Source: Muribaculaceae bacterium
Lineage (GTDB): Bacteria > Bacteroidota > Bacteroidia > Bacteroidales > Muribaculaceae
Assembly: GCA_023664185.1 (NCBI GenBank)
Contig: JAMPGA010000001.1
Span: 839,473-903,472 of the forward strand
Direction of reading: 5' to 3'
DNA: 64,000 nucleotides
Below are positions 35,097 through 44,514 of the stretch, piece by piece. The stretch's first letter is position 1. Each line of letters starts with the position of its first letter. Below the pieces are notes generated by a model. It was not told where the DNA came from. It saw only the letters and a list, made by a program, of their open reading frames with translations, and searched no databases. Made by a program: the position numbers and the translations under genes.

Positions 35097-35937
35097 AGTT
35101 TATCATTTTTACAATTTCCTCACCGCGCTCCGAGAGCAGAGCCGAATAGAGCAGCGCAAAGTCTACATCCGTAGTAGCCTCACTGGCAGCCTTTTCGGAG
35201 GGGATGATGGAGTTGAAGCGTCCCGATTCCTGTTCGGTGAATATGGCCGCGCGGTCGGGGATAGAGGTGGAGACGAATATCAGTCGGGAGGCTATTTCCC
35301 ATGTGGGGGCACACACTTTTAGATGGCCGTGGCTCACCATTAACACCCCGTCGTACAGGGCTTTAAGATCGGCCACGCTGTGGGTGGAGACCACAATGGT
35401 CTGCGAGTCTGAGATGCTGCGGGCCATCATTGAGCGCAGCAGTTTTCGTGAGGTGATGTCCAGACCGTTGGCCGGCTCGTCGAGCAGCAGCATATCCACA
35501 CCAAGCGCCAGCACATAGGCCAGTTTGGCTTTACCCGACATTCCCAGAGAGAGTCCTTTGAGCTTTTCATTGCCTGTGAGTCCGAAGTCGCTCAGGTTCT
35601 GCTCGAAAGCTTCGGCTGAGAATTCGGGGTAATACACCGAGTGTATGCCGGCGAAATCTCTGATGGTCTCAGTCGGAATTTCGAGAGAGTCGGGCAGGAA
35701 AAATATGCGGCGCCTCAGATTGGGGCTAGTTTGGGTAGTGTCGGTGCCGTCGAGAAGACAGTGACCTGACAGCGGTCGTGCCAGTCCGGCCATCACGCGC
35801 AGCAGAGTGCTTTTGCCGGCCCCGTTTTCGCCCATGAGCAGGTGTATACCCGGTTCGAGCGTGCCGGTCACTTCCTCCAGAGCCCTGGCTCCGCCACTGC
35901 GCGGATAGCTGTAAGTGATATGGTCGAGGGTGATCAT
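35080..35937 (-). CDS. ABC transporter ATP-binding protein
   Basis: Walker A GENGAGKST, signature LSLGM, Walker B LLLDEP, STH H-loop. Confidence 0.93.
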   Translation of the reverse strand: MITLDHITYSYPRSGGARALEEVTGTLEPGIHLLMGENGAGKSTLLRVMAGLARPLSGHCLLDGTDTTQTSPNLRRRIFFLPDSLEIPTETIRDFAGIHSVYYPEFSAEAFEQNLSDFGLTGNEKLKGLSLGMSGKAKLAYVLALGVDMLLLDEPANGLDITSRKLLRSMMARSISDSQTIVVSTHSVADLKALYDGVLMVSHGHLKVCAPTWEIASRLIFVSTSIPDRAAIFTEQESGRFNSIIPSEKAASEATTDVDFALLYSALLSERGEEIVKMINCDYAN

Positions 35938-36815
35938 TTTACCGGAGTAACGTTGAATCCTTCCTTGCGTAGCAGCGAGATAAGTCCATCTTCGCCGGGC
36001 AGGTGTCCGGCTCCAACGGCTATAAGCACGGAGGCAGTGGGAAGCAGTGCAGCTATCACTTTCATCCAGTTGAGGTTGCGTGTGCGTATCAGACTGTCCG
36101 AGGCTTCAGCCATGCCGAAATTGGGGTCTTCCATCAGCTGGAGCATGGCATTGAGGTCGCCCTGCAGATAGGCCTGAGCCAAACGGCGGCTGAAGTCGAG
36201 CGCCATACCGTCGTGGCGCACAGCCTCCATAAGCTCCTCGGCCTGCTTGAGTATGGGTGAGCCAAACAGGAGCGACGCCTGCTGCTCAACGGTCTCCAGT
36301 CCGGCCACGGTTTTGCCGACAGCCTTTGCGCGAACCTGTATCTCGCCGTCTATCTGCTGGGCTGCGTTGAAGTCGGGAAACTGCTGCTGAGCCTGAAGCA
36401 TAGCCAGAACAGTTGATACCATTGCGGGTTTGAGTGGCGCCATCTGGCTTATATCAGCCATCGCACCCATGTATTTCTTGATTACTGTGTTTACTGAGTC
36501 CTGCTGAGCCGGGGTGAGCACCATGGTGAGCAGCGAGTCGGCCGGAGCCATACCTGCGGTCATGATTATCTGCTGAGCCTGAGACGTCTGAGCGGAAGTC
36601 ATGTCCATCTCGCCATACACCTGGTCGACAGCCTTGAGAGCTTCAGTGAATCCGGGAACACTATCGAGCACCGATATGGGCGCTACGTGATGAGTGCCAA
36701 AAAGATACGATGTCGGAGCGTCTGCACCGGGAGGTGTGATTTTCCATAACAGCTGAGCACTGGCAGTGGAGACCACAGCCACAGCGATGATAAGCGAAAG
36801 GATGAACCGTTTCAT
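35934..36815 (-). CDS. TraB/GumN family protein
   Basis: Start MKRFILS at 36815 with signal peptide; LLWKI, SYLFGTHH, GLETVEQQ, RNLNW, VGAGHL.GEDG. Confidence 0.9.
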   Translation of the reverse strand: MKRFILSLIIAVAVVSTASAQLLWKITPPGADAPTSYLFGTHHVAPISVLDSVPGFTEALKAVDQVYGEMDMTSAQTSQAQQIIMTAGMAPADSLLTMVLTPAQQDSVNTVIKKYMGAMADISQMAPLKPAMVSTVLAMLQAQQQFPDFNAAQQIDGEIQVRAKAVGKTVAGLETVEQQASLLFGSPILKQAEELMEAVRHDGMALDFSRRLAQAYLQGDLNAMLQLMEDPNFGMAEASDSLIRTRNLNWMKVIAALLPTASVLIAVGAGHLPGEDGLISLLRKEGFNVTPVK

Positions 36816-36922
36816 AGTCGATTGCGTTTGTTTTGATGATTCGAATTGAGGTGTTGAGGTGTTGTAGTTATCTAACACACCGCAAAGGTATGGCAAAAAA
36901 CTCAAACCACCAAACAAATCAC

Positions 36923-36957
36923 AAAAAATCCTGTCCAATCGGATAGGGTGGGCAGGA
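36923..36957 (-). terminator. Terminator at the end of the TA relic
   Basis: TCCTGTCCA/TGGGCAGGA stem with a U tract on the minus strand. Confidence 0.6.
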
Positions 36958-36966
36958 AAATGAATT

Positions 36967-37345
36967 CTAAAAGAGTTCAGAGTGGAAGTCGTAACGAACA
37001 AGCTTTATTACCGGAATATCTCTGTCAAACCATATTAGTAATGAGTCGTTTTCAACATGACATTCCAGGTGGTTTTTGTAATTGCCATGAAGTAGATGCG
37101 GCCGAAATTCATCTGGGATATCAATTCCTTTAGTGAGTAGATCGAGAGTTTCGAGGTCGTCAGACTCTTCGGCTTCTTTCATAGCGGCCAAGGTAGTCTT
37201 GTTGGTTCGTTCCGCAATAAAAGCCATCAGTACGCTTTCCACTAAATTGTTGAGGCTCCGGTTATGGCGCTTGGCTTCCTCTTGCAAGAGTGAAAGCAGT
37301 TCAGAATTAAGTCGGAAAGATGTCTATTTCCTTATTGTGTAATAC
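36967..37345 (-). pseudogene. Collapsed type II toxin-antitoxin pair: RHH antitoxin fused in frame to C-terminal half of a YafQ-like toxin
   Basis: IRK*TSFRLNSELLSLLQEEAKRHNRSLNNLVES...ETLDL joined to LTKGIDIP..HLLHG...ECHVENDSLLIW...HSELF; in-frame TAG at 37326-37324. Confidence 0.8.
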
Positions 37346-37358
37346 AAAAATATAACAC
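37337..37358. promoter_or_regulatory. Probable antitoxin operator palindrome
   Basis: GTGTAATA-N6-TATAACAC (7/8 inverted match) at the antitoxin start. Confidence 0.45.
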
Positions 37359-37399
37359 TGCAAAATTCTATAAGTTTTTATTGTAGGGGTCGTAAACAG

Positions 37400-37430
37400 A
37401 AAAACGGAGATCCTCAAAGTGAGGATCTCC
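37400..37430 (-). terminator. Terminator downstream of tRNA-Arg
   Basis: GGAGATCCTCA/TGAGGATCTCC 11-bp stem with U tract. Confidence 0.75.
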
Positions 37431-37439
37431 ATATCGGTG

Positions 37440-37511
37440 TACCCCGGAGGGGAATCGAACCCCTATCTGAAAATTAGGAATTTCCCATTCTATCCATTGA
37501 ACTACCAGGGC
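37440..37511 (-). tRNA. tRNA-Arg (CCT)
   Basis: Minus strand GCCCTGGTAGTTCAATGGATAGAATGGGAAATTCCTAATTTTCAGATAGGGGTTCGATTCCCCTCCGGGGTA folds as a cloverleaf, anticodon loop TTCCTAA. Promoter TTTG-N20-TAATTTTG at 37552-37521. Confidence 0.95.
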
Positions 37512-37752
37512 TTGCGGGTGCAAAATTACACAAAATTGTTGGGATAAACAAATAAACCAATTGCTCAACATTCTAGTAGTCGATATATACCGGCAGAAGA
37601 AATTTAGACAAATTATTGATATATAGCGGTGAAATTCATGAACTTTTTTGTATCTTTGTGGTCGTTTGTGCTCGATGTTCCAGCTAAGGAATATGCACAG
37701 ACACATTAAGCTGCAAAAACGACGAAACTAAAAAGCTGAATTTAAACATTTT

Positions 37753-40044
37753 ATGAGACCAATCAAGAAAACCATCGAACTGCCCGACGGTCGCACCATC
37801 ACCCTTGAGACCGGCAAACTGGCAAAGCAGGCAGATGGAGCGGTAGAACTTCGCATGGGCAACACCATGCTTCTGGCCACAGTATGTTCGGCCAAGGAGG
37901 CCGGCGAAGGCGTGGACTTCATGCCTTTGACTGTGGAGTATAAAGAGAAATTTTCGTCCAACGGACGTTTTCCCGGCGGCTTTTTGAAGCGCGAAGGACG
38001 TGCCAGCGACTATGAGATACTCACATCTCGTCTTGTTGACCGCGCACTCCGCCCCTTATTCCCCGATAATTATCATGCAGACACCATCGTGCAGGTGACA
38101 ATGTATTCGGCCGACGGTGTAGATATGCCCGATGCCCTCGCAGGCCTTGCAGCCTCAGCTGCCATGACCGTGAGCGACATCCCCTTCAACGGTCCTATCT
38201 CGGAGGTCCGCGTGGCCCGCATAGACGGACAGTTTGTGATCGATCCTACCTATGAGCAGCTTGAGAAAGCCGACATGGAGCTTATGGTAGGTGCCACCTA
38301 CGACAACATCATGATGGTGGAAGGCGAGATGAACGAGGTGAGCGAAGCCGATCTTCTGGCTGCTCTCCGCGCCGCCCACGATGCCATCAAGGTACAGTGT
38401 AAGGCTCAGATGGAACTGGCCGAGGAAGCTGGCGCCACCGTGAAGCGCGAATACTGCCACGAGGTGAACGACGAGGAGCTCCGCAAGGACGTGCGCGAGA
38501 AATGCTACGACAAGGCTTATGCCATCGCCAAGGCTGGAAGCGCCGACAAACACTGGCGTCAGGACTCGTTTGATGCCATCTGCCAGGAATATATCGACTC
38601 ACTCCCCGAGGAGGAGCGCGACGAGAAGACACCTCTGGTGAAGCGCTACTATCACGATGTGGAGAAAGAGGCCATGCGCCACTGCGTGCTCGACGAGGGC
38701 ATACGTCTAGACGGCCGCAAGACCACCGAGATCCGTCCCATCTGGTGTGAGGTGGACTATCTCCCCGGCCCCCACGGATCAGCCATATTTACCCGTGGTG
38801 AGACTCAGAGCCTTGCTACAGTGACCCTCGGCACCAAGCTCGACGAGAAGATTCTCGACGAAGTGCTCAACCAGGGTCGCGAGCGCTTCCTGCTCCACTA
38901 CAACTTCCCTCCCTTCTCCACAGGCGAGGCCCGTGCACCCCGCGGTGTAGGCCGTCGTGAAGTGGGTCATGGCAACCTGGCTCACCGCGCTCTGAAGCGT
39001 ATGCTCCCCGACGACTTCCCCTACGTGTGTCGCGTAGTGAGCGATATCCTCGAGAGCAACGGTTCGTCGTCAATGGCCACCGTCTGCGCCGGCACCCTCT
39101 CGCTGCTCGACGCCGGTGTGAAGATGAAACGCCCCGTATCAGGTATAGCCATGGGTCTGATCTCTGACAGCGCCACTGGCAAGTATGCCATCCTCTCGGA
39201 TATCCTTGGCGACGAGGATCACCTCGGCGACATGGACTTCAAGGTGACCGGCACACGCCAGGGCATCACAGCCACACAGATGGACATCAAGGTCGACGGC
39301 CTCAGCTACGAGATACTTGAGAAGGCTCTCATGCAGGCTCGCGACGGACGCATGCACATCCTCGACAAGATCCAGGAGACCATCCCCGCACCTCGCGAGG
39401 ACTACAAGCCCCACGTGCCCCGCATCGTCACCATGCTCATTCCCAAGGAGCTTATCGGTGCCGTGATTGGCCCGGGCGGAAAGGTGATCCAGGGCATCCA
39501 GGAGGCTTCGGGCGCCACTGTCAGCATCGACGAGATCCCCGAAGGCGGCTACATCGAGGTGGCTGCTGCCAACAAGTCCTCGATCGACAAGGCTCTCGAG
39601 ATGATCAACGCCATCGTTGAGCTCCCCGAAGAGGGCAAGGTATACAAAGGCAAAGTGCGTTCGATACTCGAGTTCGGAGCCTTCGTTGAGTTCATGCCCA
39701 ACCGCGATGGTCTGCTCCACATCTCAGAGATCTCATGGGATCGCCTCGAAAACATGGAGGCTTCCGGCCTCAAGGAGGGCGACGAGGTAGAGGTGAAGCT
39801 CATCGAAATCGACAAGAAGACCGGCAAATACCGTCTCTCAATGCGTGCACTGCTCCCCAAGCCCGAAGGCTATGTGGAGCGTCAGCGCCCCGAGCGTGGC
39901 GACCGTCCCCGTCGTGAAGGCGGCGAACGCCGTGACCGTGGCGACCGTCCCCGTCGTGAAGGCGGCGAACGCCGTGACCGTGGCGACCGTCCCCGCCGTG
40001 AAGGTGGTGATCGTCCCCGTCGCGACCGTGGTCCCCGCGAATAA
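37753..40044 (+). CDS. pnp: Polyribonucleotide nucleotidyltransferase
   Basis: [52 protein letters not shown] and S1 domains. Promoter TATCTTTG at 37651-37658. Confidence 0.98.
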   Translation: MRPIKKTIELPDGRTITLETGKLAKQADGAVELRMGNTMLLATVCSAKEAGEGVDFMPLTVEYKEKFSSNGRFPGGFLKREGRASDYEILTSRLVDRALRPLFPDNYHADTIVQVTMYSADGVDMPDALAGLAASAAMTVSDIPFNGPISEVRVARIDGQFVIDPTYEQLEKADMELMVGATYDNIMMVEGEMNEVSEADLLAALRAAHDAIKVQCKAQMELAEEAGATVKREYCHEVNDEELRKDVREKCYDKAYAIAKAGSADKHWRQDSFDAICQEYIDSLPEEERDEKTPLVKRYYHDVEKEAMRHCVLDEGIRLDGRKTTEIRPIWCEVDYLPGPHGSAIFTRGETQSLATVTLGTKLDEKILDEVLNQGRERFLLHYNFPPFSTGEARAPRGVGRREVGHGNLAHRALKRMLPDDFPYVCRVVSDILESNGSSSMATVCAGTLSLLDAGVKMKRPVSGIAMGLISDSATGKYAILSDILGDEDHLGDMDFKVTGTRQGITATQMDIKVDGLSYEILEKALMQARDGRMHILDKIQETIPAPREDYKPHVPRIVTMLIPKELIGAVIGPGGKVIQGIQEASGATVSIDEIPEGGYIEVAAANKSSIDKALEMINAIVELPEEGKVYKGKVRSILEFGAFVEFMPNRDGLLHISEISWDRLENMEASGLKEGDEVEVKLIEIDKKTGKYRLSMRALLPKPEGYVERQRPERGDRPRREGGERRDRGDRPRREGGERRDRGDRPRREGGDRPRRDRGPRE
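39895..40041 (+). repeat. Coding tandem repeat in the PNPase tail (42-bp unit, [14 protein letters not shown])
   Basis: Two identical 42-bp copies at 39901-39942 and 39943-39984 followed by degenerate partial copies. Confidence 0.9.
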
Positions 40045-40104
40045 GAGCCTTACCCATAACACATATTATAGGACAGACCCTAATGCGATATTAAATCAAA
40101 CACT

Positions 40105-40139
40105 TCCCCTGGCCTCGTCTGAAGGCCGGGGGATTTTTT
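40105..40139 (+). terminator. Terminator downstream of pnp
   Basis: TCCCCTGGCCT/AGGCCGGGGGA stem followed by TTTTTT. Confidence 0.75.
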
Positions 40140-40146
40140 CTGCAAT

Positions 40147-40530
40147 ATGAATACGTTGTCAAATATTTTTATCGTGGGTGCCGGCAGCTGCCTGGGGGGC
40201 GTGGTGCGCTATCTACTGAGCCGTGTGGTGCAGTCGGGCTTACACACTGCATTCCCATGGGGCACATTGGTGGTCAATTTGCTGGGATGTTTTGTGATAG
40301 GCCTGGTGTATGGACTGATAGACAGGGGCTTCCAGCTGTCCGACTCCATGCGGCTGTTCATCACCGTTGGGTTTTGCGGAGGCTTCACCACATTTTCCAC
40401 CTTCATGCACGAGAACTATCTGCTCTTTACCGCTCCAAACCATCTGCTTGTGGCTCTCTACCTGCTGGCAAGCGTAACAGCCGGATTTATAATGGTATAT
40501 GCGGCCTACAGCATTGCCAGAATGTTCTGA
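40147..40530 (+). CDS. crcB: Fluoride efflux channel FluC/CrcB
   Basis: GGVVRY, FPWGTLVVN, GFCGGFTTFSTF. Confidence 0.95.
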   Translation: MNTLSNIFIVGAGSCLGGVVRYLLSRVVQSGLHTAFPWGTLVVNLLGCFVIGLVYGLIDRGFQLSDSMRLFITVGFCGGFTTFSTFMHENYLLFTAPNHLLVALYLLASVTAGFIMVYAAYSIARMF

Positions 40531-40549
40531 TAGGTGACACTAAAAATAT

Positions 40550-40587
40550 CGCGCCCCATGGCTGCAGGCTTGCAGCTATGGGGCGCG
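40550..40587. terminator. Probable bidirectional terminator between crcB and htrA
   Basis: CGCGCCCCATGGCTGCA/TGCAGCTATGGGGCGCG 17-bp stem. Confidence 0.75.
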
Positions 40588-40685
40588 TTGTTTAAGTCAA
40601 CTGTCAGGTAATCTTAATAAATCTTATTTACCTTTTTTTGAAAAACAGAAAATATAATTTACTAATCAGTGAAAAAGCTGTTCGT

Positions 40686-42200
40686 TTATTGTGCGGTCAG
40701 GTCAACGGCATATATGCCTCGACGACCGGTGGGATAAACTCCGCGGAGTATCATCACCTTCTCGTCTGACTGGCCTCGCATTATCGATCGGTATATCTTC
40801 TCCACATCCTCGGGTGTGGATACTCGGGTGTCGTTGATGGAGACGATAATGAAGCCCTTGCGCACGCCGGCATCGGCAAAAACGCCGTCCTTCACATCGG
40901 CCACACGCACGCCGTTGTCAATGCCCAGCTGCTTGAGCTGCGAGGCGTCGGGCTTGGCAAATGCGCAACCCAGATCGGCAAAATCGCCCGCCTTGGTCAC
41001 AGTGGTGTTGCCCTGCGAGTTGAGGAGCTTGATGTCGACAGTGTGCTGCTTGTTGTCGCGGATATAGGCCACCGTGATCTTGTCGCCGGGACGGTATTTT
41101 GCCACCTGCTCCTGGAGCTCGGCGGTATTGTTGGTGGGAGTGTCATTGATAGCTGTGATCACGTCGCCCTCCTTGATGCCTGCCTCACGGGCCGACGAGC
41201 GTTCCGAGACACCGGCCACATAGACACCCTTGGTCACAGCGGTGATGCCGTGCTCCTTGGCGGTTTCGGCGGTGAGGTCGGTGATGGATACACCGAGCAC
41301 AGCACGCTGCACAGAGCCATACTGACGCAGATCGCTCACCACTTTCTTGACGATAGAGGTGGGGATGGCAAATGAGTATCCGGCATAGTTGCCTGTCTGC
41401 GAATAGATGGCTGTGTTAATGCCGATGAGCTCGCCGTTGAGAGTGACAAGTGCTCCGCCCGAGTTGCCGGGATTGACGGCGGCGTCGGTCTGGATATACG
41501 ACTCAATACCCATGGGACGCGAGTGGGCTGCCGACGATATGCTGCGCGACTTGGCCGAAACAATGCCGGTGGTGACCGTAGAGGTGAAGCCGAAGGGATT
41601 GCCCACGGCAAGCACCCACTCGCCCACCTTGAGCTGCTCACTGTCGCCCATCGGGATTACGGGCAGATCCTTGGCATCGATTTTTATAAGCGCAAGGTCG
41701 GTGGTGGGGTCAGCGCCTATCACGGTGGCGTCGAATGTTCGGTTGTCGTTGAGGGTCACCTCAAGGCGCTCGGCCTCATCGATTACATGGTTGTTGGTGA
41801 CGATATATCCGTCAGCGCTTATTATGACACCCGAGCCAAGGCCACGCTGCTGCTCGCGCTGAGGAGCCTGCTGCTGGCGCTGCTGCTGGCGGGGTGATCC
41901 GAAGAAGTATTCAAAAAACGGGTCGTCCATAAAACCCCCTCCCTGCTGATAGCCGCGGGGAGTGGCAAAACTCTTTATCGAGACAACGCCGTTTATGGTG
42001 CTCTCAGCGGCCTTGGTGAAGTCGGTGGCCGGAGTGACAGCTGATGAAACTGTGTAGAACTGTCCGTTGTTCGAAGCCTGAGTAGAGGCTGATGGTGTAA
42101 AGGCCGAACCGGTGAGACTGCTGACGGCAACAGCTGTCAGCGCGGAGCTGAAGATGGCTGTGCCTGCTGCGAGTGCTATGATCTTTGCTGTTGTTTTCAT
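40686..42200 (-). CDS. HtrA/DegP (Do family) serine protease with two PDZ domains
   Basis: Start MKTTAK at 42200; GLGSGVI, TNNHV, DLALIK, IQTDAAVNPGNSGGAL. Confidence 0.95.
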   Translation of the reverse strand: MKTTAKIIALAAGTAIFSSALTAVAVSSLTGSAFTPSASTQASNNGQFYTVSSAVTPATDFTKAAESTINGVVSIKSFATPRGYQQGGGFMDDPFFEYFFGSPRQQQRQQQAPQREQQRGLGSGVIISADGYIVTNNHVIDEAERLEVTLNDNRTFDATVIGADPTTDLALIKIDAKDLPVIPMGDSEQLKVGEWVLAVGNPFGFTSTVTTGIVSAKSRSISSAAHSRPMGIESYIQTDAAVNPGNSGGALVTLNGELIGINTAIYSQTGNYAGYSFAIPTSIVKKVVSDLRQYGSVQRAVLGVSITDLTAETAKEHGITAVTKGVYVAGVSERSSAREAGIKEGDVITAINDTPTNNTAELQEQVAKYRPGDKITVAYIRDNKQHTVDIKLLNSQGNTTVTKAGDFADLGCAFAKPDASQLKQLGIDNGVRVADVKDGVFADAGVRKGFIIVSINDTRVSTPEDVEKIYRSIMRGQSDEKVMILRGVYPTGRRGIYAVDLTAQ

Positions 42201-42361
42201 GAATTTTTGTGATGTATGTTTACTTATAAGACTGCAAAAAACGTGCAATGTTACATCGCAATTGCCAACTTTAAAGTATTTTAATAGCGTACGGAGGTTT
42301 TTAAGGAATATTTAGGAGCGCGGGGGAAAGTATTCATAAAATTTTCTTAATTTTGCATGTC

Positions 42362-43210
42362 ATGTCACGCACTATTTCATACATCGTAATCATTTTGTCA
42401 GTCATGATGCTGATGGCGTCATGTTCCACGACACGCCGGGGTGTGCCGGTGGCAGTTTCCGACACTCCGGGCCATGCTGCTGCGGTGCAGCCATCTGTGC
42501 CCGATGGCCGCGACTTGTTGCATCCTCGCTCCAAGGCTTTGGTGAGCGAGGCCCGTTCGTGGCTGGGCACACCTTATAAATATGGCGGCGAGGATCACAG
42601 CGGAGTCGATTGCTCCGGCCTGGTGATGCAAGTCTACAAAAATGTGCTTGATATAAAGATGCCCCGCTCGTCGGGCGAGCAGCGTGACTTCTGCTCGCTC
42701 ACTGCAGTGGCATCGCTCATCCCCGGCGATCTGCTCTTCTATGCCACCGGAAAGGACAAGGAGAGAGTCTCGCACGTGGGTATATATATAGGTGGGGGCA
42801 AGATGATACATGCCTCCGCATCGCGTGGAGTGGTGGAGAGCGATATAAGCGAGCAGTATTTCGTAAACCGTTTTGCCGGCGCCGGCTTTGTGGATCGCTA
42901 TCATGCCATGCTCAAACCATCAAAACCGACAAAACCCTCCAAACCCGAACGTACCGCACCGCGCCCTGTGGATGTTGGGGTTGAGCTTGCCTCCACTCCC
43001 CAACCCGCTGTGGAAGAAAAGACTCCAGAGCGGACACAGCCCGAACCGGAGGCTGCACAGGTAGCTGTGGCAGCCACCACTGCTTTAGCCGTGACAACAC
43101 CGATAACATCTACGGTCGAGACCACTGCATCGCAGCCGACAGCCGAACCCAGTGTAGAAGATGCCCGCAATGCTGTGTTGGGCTCAATCATCGAAAGAAA
43201 ATTGAAATGA
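42362..43210 (+). CDS. NlpC/P60 (C40) peptidase lipoprotein with Pro/Thr/Ala-rich tail
   Basis: Lipobox MASC, LGTPYKYGG, DCSGLV, HVGIYIGGGKMIHAS. Confidence 0.92.
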   Translation: MSRTISYIVIILSVMMLMASCSTTRRGVPVAVSDTPGHAAAVQPSVPDGRDLLHPRSKALVSEARSWLGTPYKYGGEDHSGVDCSGLVMQVYKNVLDIKMPRSSGEQRDFCSLTAVASLIPGDLLFYATGKDKERVSHVGIYIGGGKMIHASASRGVVESDISEQYFVNRFAGAGFVDRYHAMLKPSKPTKPSKPERTAPRPVDVGVELASTPQPAVEEKTPERTQPEPEAAQVAVAATTALAVTTPITSTVETTASQPTAEPSVEDARNAVLGSIIERKLK

Positions 43211-44514
43211 ATATTTCGCCTGACAGAAACATACGCCCCGCCATCCATCGTATAGGCCCCCTCTCGCTGGCTCCCGATGTGGTGAGCATGCTCCCCAACG
43301 GCATCACTCTTCATGTCGTGGACAATGGACCTAACGAAGTGTGCCGTCTGGGCATAGTACTCCCGGGTGGATTGGCGGAGAGCCGTGTGGCCGGAGAGTA
43401 TGAGATGATTTCAAAGCTGCTCCCCGAGGGGAGTGTGCATACCCCCGGATCGCGTATGGCCGACATGCTCGAGACCAACGGCGCCTGGGTGATGCCGTCG
43501 ATATCGACTCACCACACCGTGCTCAATACCTTTGCCCTCTGCTCAGTGTTCAGCAACATATTGCCACTGGCGCGCGAGATGGCCTTCGAGCCCTCGTTTG
43601 AGCCTGAGGCCGTGAGCCGAGTGGCGCGCCGCATGAGCTCGAACATAGCCGTGAATCAATGTAAAGTGGGATATCTTGCCACAAAGGCTTTGAATCCCGC
43701 CATGTTTGGAGCGACCAATCCGCTGGCCCAGATGCCCGATCCCGATACTGTTTTGGGTTTCACTCCTGAGGCCCTGCGCGAGGCTCATATTCGGCGTCTC
43801 GACCTCAGGGAGGTGCATATCTATCTGGCAGGCAAGATTTCGGCTGAGATGATCGATGCCGTGACGCGCGAATTCGGCCGCATAGACATCGGAGTGCGCT
43901 TCGCTCTGACTGAACCCGTTTTTGAGGCTTATCCAGAGCCCTGCGAGATATTCACCCCCATGCCCGATGCCCTGCAGAACGGCGTGAGAATAGCCCTGCC
44001 GGTGCCAGGCAGAGATAATCCCGATTTCATCAGGCTCCGCATTGCCACATGTGCTCTGGGTGGATATTTCGGCAGCCGCCTCATGGCCAATATACGCGAG
44101 GACAAGGGGCTCACCTATGGAATCACAAGCGCGCTCTATGGCTATCCAGAAAACGGGTATATGGTGATCTCCACCGAAACTGCGTGCGAGAATACCGATC
44201 TGGTCATATCGGAGAGTATAAGTGAAATAGAGCGTCTGAAGGATGAATCTACTTTCACACACGAAGAGCTCGACAGCCTCACCAGCTTCCAGATGTCCGG
44301 ACTGGCTGCGGTGCTCGACACCCCTTTCCAGCGCATGGACTTCTTGCAAAACCAGGTGCTGGCTGACACCCCGTCAGATTATTTTGCACGCCAGTATGAG
44401 GCAGTCTCCACCACTACGGCAGCGACAATAGCCGAAACGGCTGCCCGATACTTCGACACTTCGCGCGTCATAGTCTCGGTGGCCGGAAAGAGAATTGTGG
44501 AGGCTACCAGCTGA
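43207..44514 (+). CDS. M16 (pitrilysin-like) peptidase family protein, apparently non-catalytic
   Basis: LPNGI, LGGYFGSRLMANIREDKGLTYGI; no HxxEH zinc motif in the N-terminus. Confidence 0.85.
   Translation: MNISPDRNIRPAIHRIGPLSLAPDVVSMLPNGITLHVVDNGPNEVCRLGIVLPGGLAESRVAGEYEMISKLLPEGSVHTPGSRMADMLETNGAWVMPSISTHHTVLNTFALCSVFSNILPLAREMAFEPSFEPEAVSRVARRMSSNIAVNQCKVGYLATKALNPAMFGATNPLAQMPDPDTVLGFTPEALREAHIRRLDLREVHIYLAGKISAEMIDAVTREFGRIDIGVRFALTEPVFEAYPEPCEIFTPMPDALQNGVRIALPVPGRDNPDFIRLRIATCALGGYFGSRLMANIREDKGLTYGITSALYGYPENGYMVISTETACENTDLVISESISEIERLKDESTFTHEELDSLTSFQMSGLAAVLDTPFQRMDFLQNQVLADTPSDYFARQYEAVSTTTAATIAETAARYFDTSRVIVSVAGKRIVEATS

Noticed and set aside
39895-40041. Possible CRISPR array
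   Set aside because: Head-to-tail in-frame coding repeat with no spacers and no cas genes.
40045-40146. Fluoride riboswitch upstream of crcB
   Set aside because: No GGAGATGGC...GCTGATGAYTYC-like consensus; the region holds only the pnp terminator.
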